This document shows, piece after piece, positions 10,440 through 18,776 of a stretch of DNA of 64,000 nt (its first letter is position 1; each line of letters starts with the position of its first letter). The notes under the pieces are model-generated. The model was not told where the DNA came from. It did not search any database and worked only from the letters and a program-made list of their open reading frames with translations. The translations under genes and the position numbers were made by a program. The stretch covers positions 1-64,000 of IMG/VR virus record IMGVR_UViG_3300010430_000003, one strand, 5' to 3'.

Positions 10440-11582
10440 ATGTCGAAAGAGCTAGAAATGGAAAACCTTCTCAAAAGAGTTGCTGATAAATTTAAGAAAA
10501 AGAAACCACAAGCAAAAGATCCTTCGCAATATAAAGGATATTTTGATAAAAAGAAGAATTCTACAATTACGACTAATACTGCTGATAATCCTTTTGACAT
10601 GGAAGAAAGTGAAGAAAATCTTGATGAGAAATCCTTGGAAGAAGAAGGAGATGGGGGCGGAGGTGAAGGTGCTTCTACTGGGCAAGGTGGTGGTGGCTCT
10701 TATGGCTCTGAAGCAAGTGTTACTTATGACGGAGATGATGCCACATTCTGGGCTGGAAAACAAACTGGTAAACGCAAGAAAATGAAAACTGGGGGTCTTA
10801 CTTCTATGGGCGGTAATAAATATCTTGGTGAAATTATTGATAACTTTGAAGAGCAACAAGTTTCAAATTTTTTTGAAGAACTTGGCTATGGTGAGCTTTT
10901 TGAGCAAGTAAGGGGAGAAGTCTTGCAAGAAAAACAAAAACAGCAAGAATTTAATATTCTTTTGGAAAATTTATTTGAAGCTAACAAAAGACAAAAGGTA
11001 CCCGTTGGATGGCACATAGAAAGAATTAATAGATTAGTTAATGAGTTGCAAGAAAGATTTACAATAATTTTGCAAGGGAACGAAGATATAGATTTCTTTC
11101 AACCTATTATAGAAGAGCATTTGCAACAATTAGTTTATATTGCAAGTAGGATTGAACAAGATGATACAGGAAAATGGTTGGAAGAAGATTGGAAAGCAGA
11201 GCCAATCTCTGGTGCAGCTGATGAAGGTCCAACATGGGAAAAGAATTTAGCTGGTATGACAAAAATGTTAGATAATATGGTTACTGCTCTTAAATCTCTT
11301 GAAAAAGATAAGCCCGGTGCATCGGGCATTGATATTCAAGTATTTGGTGCTTTAAATAAAGCAAGAAATGCAATTCGACAAGGAGATATTGGAGTTGGAA
11401 TTCAAGCCCTCGCCGCAGTATTGAAATCAAACGTCCCGAAAAAAGTTATGAACATGTTATATCCAGTGTATGCAAATCTTCAAGATCTTCAGGGCGAAGT
11501 TGATGTCAGTAAGGTTAGCAGGGCAACAGATGTTTCTGGTGATGAAGATGAGGAAGTTACAGTCCCCGGTGGAATGGAATAA
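10440..11582 (+). CDS. Acidic, Gly-rich low-complexity hypothetical protein
   Basis: 380 aa with a GGGGEGASTGQGGGG tract and Glu-rich blocks. Confidence 0.6.
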   Translation: MSKELEMENLLKRVADKFKKKKPQAKDPSQYKGYFDKKKNSTITTNTADNPFDMEESEENLDEKSLEEEGDGGGGEGASTGQGGGGSYGSEASVTYDGDDATFWAGKQTGKRKKMKTGGLTSMGGNKYLGEIIDNFEEQQVSNFFEELGYGELFEQVRGEVLQEKQKQQEFNILLENLFEANKRQKVPVGWHIERINRLVNELQERFTIILQGNEDIDFFQPIIEEHLQQLVYIASRIEQDDTGKWLEEDWKAEPISGAADEGPTWEKNLAGMTKMLDNMVTALKSLEKDKPGASGIDIQVFGALNKARNAIRQGDIGVGIQALAAVLKSNVPKKVMNMLYPVYANLQDLQGEVDVSKVSRATDVSGDEDEEVTVPGGME

Positions 11583-11597
11583 GGAAAAGTATAAATT

Positions 11598-14500
11598 GTG
11601 TCAATACGAGAACTATTTGAAAACTATGCGGGCTCCGCATTGTCGGCAAAAACCCTTCAATCAGCATCCGTTGATGTTGAGTCTGCTGACTATATTGAAG
11701 AATATCTTCAGAAGGCCAATCGCGTTTTACCATCAGTCGATTATTCCGATCCTCGACAATTTGTTAAGTATGGTTCGGCAGCCCAGTACTATGCGGAGTC
11801 CTTCGATAGAATAACTGAAGTATATCCCTTTGATGGTTCAAAGAAAGAAAGAATTCAATGGGAAAATAGTTCTTCACAATTTGATCTTTATGTATTTGAG
11901 AATTTATATCCAAGAACCAATGGTCATGTTATTCTTGGATATGATTGGTCAGAAAGTTCGACAGATACCTTCAATGGCAAGGGGTACTCCCTAGCCACCG
12001 CCCCCTCCTATATATCAGTTAAGGGAGTTATGAATACTGGTTCCTATAAAGGGAACCAAATGTCTGATTTATCAGATGGGTTCGAAAACTCCAATTACTA
12101 TAATACAGAAAAGAATAGAGCAGCAAACCTTAAATATGATATTGCAGGTTCTGGTGTTACTGTAGAGTTTTGGGCTAAGCATGGTTCCAATGTAGGTTCT
12201 GAAACCGAAGTCTTTTTTGATCTATGGAATGGTGTTATTTCTGGCACAGCCGATGATGCTTATGATGATTATGGTCGCCTTACTGTTGAAACATCTGGAT
12301 CGATTAGTGGATCAAATTCTCTCTATGTTACTGCACAGTCAGGAACAAATGGAATTTTTCAACAATCTCTTGGTGACTTCACTAGTTCAACAAATTGGAA
12401 TCATTATGCCCTTAGAGCTTATGCAGATTCTGGTTCTCATTTAGTAACAGATTTTTATCTCAATGGTGAGTTGAATGATTCACAGCGTTTCACGAGCGCT
12501 TCATTTAATGAAGTCACAGGCTCGTTGATTGCGCATGTGGGAGCCCTTCAAATCGCTCCTAGCGGCTCTTTGACACTCGCCGAGGGTTGGGCATCCTACA
12601 GCGGTTCGATGGATGAGTTTCGCTTCTGGAAGGTCAAGAGGACACACCAACAAATCGGTCGGAATTGGTTTACACAAATCGGCGCAGGAACTAACACAGA
12701 TGATGCAAATACTGACTTAGGAATTTATTATAAGTTTAATGAGGGAATTGTTCAAAATGATGCGAATGATTCAATTGTCATTGATTATTCTGGACGAACT
12801 TCTCATGGAATTTGGACAAATTATGTATCTGGCTCTCGTCAAACTTCATCTGCCATGGTTGAAGCGGACGTCGCCGAATCTGAGTTTGCAGACCCAATCA
12901 TCTATTCTTTTCATCCAACAGTCTCAACAGAAAGAACTAATTGGGTTGCAAGTGGCTCGAATTATGATTATACAAACAATTCATCAATCTTTAACTCAAT
13001 TCCTGCTTGGATTACCGAAGAAGATGTAGAGTTAGTTAAACTTACTCAAATCATGGCAAGTTATTTTGATAGTTTGCACTTGATGATTGAAGAGTTACCA
13101 AAGATTAAATCTATTCAATATCTTTCTGGTAGTGGTAATAAACCATATCCTTTTGCAGATAGATTGCTTATTGATGCTGGTTTCGATGATGGACGAGTTT
13201 TCTCTGCGATTGAAAATCTTGAAAAGCTTTCTGATCGAGATGAAGATAGAGAATTCACAGAAAAGCTTTATAATGTTAAAAATATTATTTATCAAAATTT
13301 GTATAATAATGCTGTTGATATTTTCAAAAAGAAAGGAACAGAAGATGCATTTAGAAATGTGATTAGATGTTTTGGAGTTGATGATGAATTAATCAAAATC
13401 AATTACTATTCAAATAATGAAGAATATCAAATTGAAGACAACTTCAAAACTATTTCTATTGGTAAAAAGTTCATTGATTTTAATCGAAATACACGCTTTA
13501 ACGGAAATGTTTATCAGCAAACATCCTCCACCGTACCTGAGTCAGTATCTTATGTTTATGGATCAGGGCTAGCTAAAACAGAACAATATGTTCCGTTCAC
13601 TGTTGAATCAGAAATTATCTTTCCGCTCAAGCCAGATCAATCAAGCAAGTTGTATCCGTCTTCGTCATTTCCAGATTTATCTTCTTCACTATTTGGATTC
13701 TATGGGCCAACTACAGGTACATTAACTGATACCACATTTGAGACAGGCACATTTGGTGTTGATATGCAGGTTTATGCAGTTCGAGATCTCATTGATTCAA
13801 AGAATATAAAGTTCGTTTTAACAGGGAGTACCTTCAACGAGATTACTTCATCTTTTATCGAGGATGTTTATGATAACTCTCGCTGGAACGTCGCGCTTCG
13901 AGTTGCACCCGTTAAACGAGAAAGTGCGGGCATCACAACTGGCAGTAATAGTGGGGAATATCTGCTTGAGTTGATTGGGTATAATTCTGTTTTAGATCAG
14001 GATTATAATTCAGTTCATCTCACAAGCACAGTTAGTTATGATGTTGGCAGCACTTTAGCTTCTGCTCCAAAGAGACTTTATATTGGAGCAAATAAAACAA
14101 ACTTTACTGGTGCTACGTCTATAAAATCAGATGTGAAAGTTGGACAATTTAGATATTGGTCCTCTTATCTTGATAATGATACGATTAAGAAGCATTCTTT
14201 CGATGTGCAGAATTATGGTTTGCAGAGTCCTGTAGTTGAGAACTATAAGACAATCCCCGGCTTGGATTTAAAATCCGTATCAGATATTGATACTCTTGCT
14301 CTGAACTGGGACTTTGAAAGAGTAACTGGTTCGAATGCCGGCGGCGAGTTCCTAGTGGATGATTTCACCTCCGGTTCGGCAGATCTTGTTTCAAGGTATA
14401 ATATCATTGGTAATGCTGTCAAAAATCAACATACCGGTATAGGTTACGGTTTTAATGGCAATGATGCGAAAGTTGTAGATAAGGAATTTATTGCGTCTGC

Positions 14501-16205
14501 AAAACTACAACGTCCAGATTCTCTTAATTCTGAAAATATGGTAAAAGTTCTTAAGAGAGATGATGAAGTTTATACTTTGGGAACGAGGCCAATTAAGTAC
14601 TTTATTGCATTTGAAAAGAGCATGTATCAAAACATTTCTGATAAAATGCTTGAATGGTTTGCAGGGGCGAGAGATTTTCACAATTTGATAGGCGCAGGTG
14701 CGAACAGATATTCGAGCCAATATTCAGGACTTCGAGTTCTAAAGAAACTTTTCTTTGAGAAGGTAGAGAATATACCTTCATCAGAAAAATATACTGAATA
14801 CTATAAATGGTTTGATAATTCAATCTTTACTTTCCTGAGAGATTTAATTCCTGCATCTGCCAACACTTCTAAAAGAATTAGAAACGTAATTGAAAGTCAT
14901 CTGTTTGAAAGAAATAAATACTGGACTAAATATCCAACAATGGAATTCTATGATGCAATTCCAACTGTGGCAACAAGAGCAATCAATGAGCTTAAATATC
15001 CATGGAAGTATGGCCACCATCCAGTATCTTTTGATGAAAACAGCAACTGTTTTTATTGGAAAGAAAGAGCAGAGAGAAGTGGATCTGTTATAACTAGCGG
15101 TGATAGTTTTGTTGATGATAATCGGGGTGCTTATCTTTCTGCCTCTATAGAAAGGCTTGAGAGAGATTATGGAACTCCCATTGATTTAACTTCTGATCTT
15201 TCTATTACTGATAAAGGGATGAATAGAAAAAGGAGTTTCACATTCTATAGAAGTCTACCATCTCTTACATCACAAAAAAGAATGTATACATCACAAACAC
15301 AGATAAAAGCTCTGCCTGTGTGTTTTGATGGCACAGAATTGGATAAACGATACCACGCCTTTGGTGCTGTGGTCACTGACAATACAGTTGAATTATTTGA
15401 AGGCAATCAAGTCTTTCCATTCTCAATTCTATCAGCTTCAATTAGCGGTGGCATCCACGATAAGTTTACCAGCAATATTGGTTTATCGATTGATGTGTCA
15501 AATTACCATAATGAATATTACAATGACTTTGCTTACAATGCTATGCAGGGTCCATTCACAAATAAAAGTGTGGGTGGTTTCAAAACTCTTCATCAAAATT
15601 TGAATAAAGATTTGAATGGTGCGACAGAGAGGGTTGAGAATAAGTATACTGTTTTAGAACCGGATAATAACAGAGTTTTTGTATATTCTGTTGACACAGA
15701 GCAAATTGAGAGTGATGTTGCAGCAGCAGGTAATTTAACAACCTCTCCATGGCCAAAAGAAAGATTTTGGAGAGAAGAATATGCAAAGCGACCGATTAAT
15801 ATCAGAAACATTGCAATTGGAACTGGCTCTTTAACAGAACTTGGAAATTATTTTCGAGAATATGATTATGTCATGACTCATGAAAACGATTACTGGTTTA
15901 GAGATCACACAGGATCTCTTCAAGAAACATCTCACACTGTAGTGAGAACTGTTGGAGATTCCAATTATCCTTATGAGCTTCCAAGAAGAGATGAGGTTAA
16001 GTACAAGACTAACATTGTCGAAAGGTTCAGTTCTCCCGGTGAAGTCAGAACAATGTCTCGTGGGTATCTCGATTTTAAATCAGAAACTAGAAGTCAATAT
16101 AATGCTCTCCCGTTTAGAAATTTAAGATATAGAGAGTTTATTAATGACCATATTAGTGGTACGGTTGTTGGAAATGTAATTAGTTCAAGTATTTTGGAAC
16201 TCTGA
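11598..16205 (+). CDS. Large baseplate/tail protein with LamG/ConA-like domains
   Basis: 1535 aa; WNHYAL...FYLNGEL and YSGSMDEFRFWK...QIGRNW are LamG-3-like motifs, a second LamG-like block follows (RWNVAL...LYIG...QFRYW). FKKKGTEDAFRNVIRCFG resembles wedge gp7-type segments. Confidence 0.7.
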   Translation: MSIRELFENYAGSALSAKTLQSASVDVESADYIEEYLQKANRVLPSVDYSDPRQFVKYGSAAQYYAESFDRITEVYPFDGSKKERIQWENSSSQFDLYVFENLYPRTNGHVILGYDWSESSTDTFNGKGYSLATAPSYISVKGVMNTGSYKGNQMSDLSDGFENSNYYNTEKNRAANLKYDIAGSGVTVEFWAKHGSNVGSETEVFFDLWNGVISGTADDAYDDYGRLTVETSGSISGSNSLYVTAQSGTNGIFQQSLGDFTSSTNWNHYALRAYADSGSHLVTDFYLNGELNDSQRFTSASFNEVTGSLIAHVGALQIAPSGSLTLAEGWASYSGSMDEFRFWKVKRTHQQIGRNWFTQIGAGTNTDDANTDLGIYYKFNEGIVQNDANDSIVIDYSGRTSHGIWTNYVSGSRQTSSAMVEADVAESEFADPIIYSFHPTVSTERTNWVASGSNYDYTNNSSIFNSIPAWITEEDVELVKLTQIMASYFDSLHLMIEELPKIKSIQYLSGSGNKPYPFADRLLIDAGFDDGRVFSAIENLEKLSDRDEDREFTEKLYNVKNIIYQNLYNNAVDIFKKKGTEDAFRNVIRCFGVDDELIKINYYSNNEEYQIEDNFKTISIGKKFIDFNRNTRFNGNVYQQTSSTVPESVSYVYGSGLAKTEQYVPFTVESEIIFPLKPDQSSKLYPSSSFPDLSSSLFGFYGPTTGTLTDTTFETGTFGVDMQVYAVRDLIDSKNIKFVLTGSTFNEITSSFIEDVYDNSRWNVALRVAPVKRESAGITTGSNSGEYLLELIGYNSVLDQDYNSVHLTSTVSYDVGSTLASAPKRLYIGANKTNFTGATSIKSDVKVGQFRYWSSYLDNDTIKKHSFDVQNYGLQSPVVENYKTIPGLDLKSVSDIDTLALNWDFERVTGSNAGGEFLVDDFTSGSADLVSRYNIIGNAVKNQHTGIGYGFNGNDAKVVDKEFIASAKLQRPDSLNSENMVKVLKRDDEVYTLGTRPIKYFIAFEKSMYQNISDKMLEWFAGARDFHNLIGAGANRYSSQYSGLRVLKKLFFEKVENIPSSEKYTEYYKWFDNSIFTFLRDLIPASANTSKRIRNVIESHLFERNKYWTKYPTMEFYDAIPTVATRAINELKYPWKYGHHPVSFDENSNCFYWKERAERSGSVITSGDSFVDDNRGAYLSASIERLERDYGTPIDLTSDLSITDKGMNRKRSFTFYRSLPSLTSQKRMYTSQTQIKALPVCFDGTELDKRYHAFGAVVTDNTVELFEGNQVFPFSILSASISGGIHDKFTSNIGLSIDVSNYHNEYYNDFAYNAMQGPFTNKSVGGFKTLHQNLNKDLNGATERVENKYTVLEPDNNRVFVYSVDTEQIESDVAAAGNLTTSPWPKERFWREEYAKRPINIRNIAIGTGSLTELGNYFREYDYVMTHENDYWFRDHTGSLQETSHTVVRTVGDSNYPYELPRRDEVKYKTNIVERFSSPGEVRTMSRGYLDFKSETRSQYNALPFRNLRYREFINDHISGTVVGNVISSSILEL

Positions 16206-16218
16206 GATAATTAAATAG

Positions 16219-17550
16219 ATGGGTATATTAGACAGCAAACCAAATACTAATCCTCGTGTTAGATTAACTTTTGAAGGTAATTCAGGATACGCTAATCAGA
16301 ATAGCGAGACAATTCCTGAATCTTTCATTACTAGATCGTCAGAAGATAACTTCTATATTAATAGACCAATTCCCGCCTCCGATCATCAGTATCGTTGGAT
16401 CTCCTCTTCCTTGTTATCAGATGACAGAGTTCTGTTTCCTTATGGATATGCCACCTCTTCTGCTGATATTACATTTGTCTCAAGCTCTGAGATAGCATTA
16501 GGAGTGCACACAACAAACTTTTGGACAAACCTTCTTAGCGAAACTGGTTCATTCACTGCTTCTGCCTATCAAATTGATTCTGATGCAAGAACTCTTGAGA
16601 CTCCCGACGGAATTGTCATTGATGCAGTTAGAGCAAGAGGATATTTATCAAGGATGGGTCCATATGCTTTTAGCGGGCCAACTTTATCTAGAGTAGGAGA
16701 ACATCCAGTAGCTCAATATATGAAAGAGAACAATAAACTCTTTATTCATGACGCTCCAAGAATCAGACAATTTAGAGATGATTCAAATAACATATATGTT
16801 TCTGGTGAAAAGAGAAATATTAATGGCATAGAGTATGAAGAACCATTAATTTCTATTAAGTATCACCCACTTATTCACAAGCTAAGTACTGCAACTTCTC
16901 AAAAGGGATTCTATGTTCCTACGAGAATGAAGTATACTCATGCCAATGATCTTGGTTATTTTGCAAACAAAGATATTGATGATAAATTAAGTGTTGAAAG
17001 TAATGTATATGTTATATATGATTCATTTACCAAGTTTTATCTTAAAGAAGAGCCTGAATTAGAAACTGTTGGGAAGTTTATCTCAATTAGATATGAGGAA
17101 ACTGTGTGGCCAAAAGAGGCAACAACCTTCCTTGAGAAAGCAAGAGTTAGAACCAACTTCCAATACAATTGGAGAAATAATAGAATAGATAGAACTGAAT
17201 ATAGTGAGTCAAACTCACAAGGTCATAATATCCCGACAGCATCAATGTGGCCGTTAGATGCTAGGCCGGGACCATATGAGACAGATTCTTTATTTACAAC
17301 AGCTTCTACTAATAACGGTGGAAACGTGGGAGAGCTTGCTTCTGTGACTTCTGTATTCCACAATGGAACAATCAGTAGATTAACAGCGAGCGCACTATTT
17401 ACAATGCCAATGCCTGATTCAAGCAGTGCAGGAGTTTTCTTCACAAATGATACGGTATTCAATTTATGTTCATCATCATTTGATACAAACTTGGAAATTC
17501 ACTTTAGTCTTGGTTTTGTAACAAGGGGTGTAACGGGGACATTAGGATGA
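16219..17550 (+). CDS. Putative structural protein (apparent continuation of the giant baseplate protein)
   Basis: 443 aa with the same Ser/Thr-rich composition as flanking giant ORFs; starts 13 nt after the previous stop. Confidence 0.55.
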   Translation: MGILDSKPNTNPRVRLTFEGNSGYANQNSETIPESFITRSSEDNFYINRPIPASDHQYRWISSSLLSDDRVLFPYGYATSSADITFVSSSEIALGVHTTNFWTNLLSETGSFTASAYQIDSDARTLETPDGIVIDAVRARGYLSRMGPYAFSGPTLSRVGEHPVAQYMKENNKLFIHDAPRIRQFRDDSNNIYVSGEKRNINGIEYEEPLISIKYHPLIHKLSTATSQKGFYVPTRMKYTHANDLGYFANKDIDDKLSVESNVYVIYDSFTKFYLKEEPELETVGKFISIRYEETVWPKEATTFLEKARVRTNFQYNWRNNRIDRTEYSESNSQGHNIPTASMWPLDARPGPYETDSLFTTASTNNGGNVGELASVTSVFHNGTISRLTASALFTMPMPDSSSAGVFFTNDTVFNLCSSSFDTNLEIHFSLGFVTRGVTGTLG

Positions 17551-18509
17551 TTGGAATGATATTTGTTACATTGGGGGCCGCCGCAGGCGCTTTTTTAGAA
17601 TCTGTAATTTTGAGCCACTTTTTTAAAGGAGAGTCTCAACCGACCTCCCAAGGATATATTGGTCTTTTAACAGGGACTCTTGGGTTTGAGTACAGTAGAT
17701 ATTCAAACTTCCAGAATCATTTTAATTTAGGAGAAATGACCGCTTCTACAAATCCAAATTATTCAAGACAAACGGTGACATGGTCAGAACCCGATGGAGA
17801 TGGTTCAATACACAACGAAGTGGTAGTACAATTTAGTGCATCTGCAGGTCATACTGATACTATTGATTTTATAACAATTTATGATTCTGCAACAGAAGCC
17901 ACTGGAAATATTTTAATTACTATATTTCCTGATAATGATTGGAACACTGTTCTTACTCCCGATAGTCCTTTAAGTGGTGGGGATTCATATGAAATTAATC
18001 CCGGTGACTTAAGAATTGGTCACGGCACGCAATTTCTCAGTTTAACAAATGCTTGGGTTTCAAAGATGACTCCCTATTTGCAAGAAAAGATGTCAAGAAA
18101 ATTTTTGATGAACGAAGATATACCCGCTGCAAATGGACAATATTTAGGACTATTAACAGTCGTACCATCTTGGGATACTAACTTTTTTGATGGAACAAGT
18201 ATCACTTGGAACCCTGGACAAGAGGTTACTTCTTCTGATTATAATAGAACTCCTTTATCTTGGGGTGAGATATTGAATATTTCCACCCTGCCGGCATTGA
18301 GAAATACCAACAAGATTAAAATTATTCCTAATTCTAATTGGGGAACTTTAAGAGCGCTAGGTATATGGGATGCCCCATCAGGCGGCAATCTTTTGATATA
18401 TTCAATACTTGTTGATTCACAGGTAAGAGAGATGATTCCCGGTAGAGAAATTAATATTAAATCAGGCTCGATAGAAGTTTCTGAACTTAATACTGGAATA
18501 GGGTTTTAA
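17547..18509 (+). CDS. Tail-fibre-associated protein with two tandem copies of a roughly 140-aa beta domain
   Basis: Internal repeat: YIGLLTG...NYSRQTV...TIYDSAT..GNIL versus YLGLLTV...DYNRTPL...GIWDAPSGGNLL. Confidence 0.6.
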   Translation: MIGMIFVTLGAAAGAFLESVILSHFFKGESQPTSQGYIGLLTGTLGFEYSRYSNFQNHFNLGEMTASTNPNYSRQTVTWSEPDGDGSIHNEVVVQFSASAGHTDTIDFITIYDSATEATGNILITIFPDNDWNTVLTPDSPLSGGDSYEINPGDLRIGHGTQFLSLTNAWVSKMTPYLQEKMSRKFLMNEDIPAANGQYLGLLTVVPSWDTNFFDGTSITWNPGQEVTSSDYNRTPLSWGEILNISTLPALRNTNKIKIIPNSNWGTLRALGIWDAPSGGNLLIYSILVDSQVREMIPGREINIKSGSIEVSELNTGIGF

Positions 18510-18518
18510 AGAGGAAAA

Positions 18519-18776
18519 ATGATACTAACAGGAATGGTTATAGTTTATGTTATCATGATGATAACATTAACAGTTTATGAACTTGGAAATAGTTATCCAA
18601 TTACAGCAAGGGGATTAATTATCCAATTTTGTATTTGGGGTTTTATTTATTTTGCAGGCTATCAAGCCGGACAAATAAATTATTTTGATTTAAATAAACC
18701 AAAAGAGCAACATATGAACTCGGAACAAACAGAAGAGTTTTTTGGAGATTGGAAAAATGTCAAGACCAATCAATGA
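18519..18776 (+). CDS. Small membrane protein (two hydrophobic segments)
   Basis: MILTGMVIVYVIMMITLTV and GLIIQFCIWGFIYFAG; GAGG SD upstream. Confidence 0.6.
   Translation: MILTGMVIVYVIMMITLTVYELGNSYPITARGLIIQFCIWGFIYFAGYQAGQINYFDLNKPKEQHMNSEQTEEFFGDWKNVKTNQ

Noticed and set aside
16190-16225. Programmed frameshift or readthrough joining 11598..16205 to 16219..17550
   Set aside because: The downstream frame has TAG at 16216-18 immediately before its ATG, and no slippery heptamer is evident; joining would need two recoding events.
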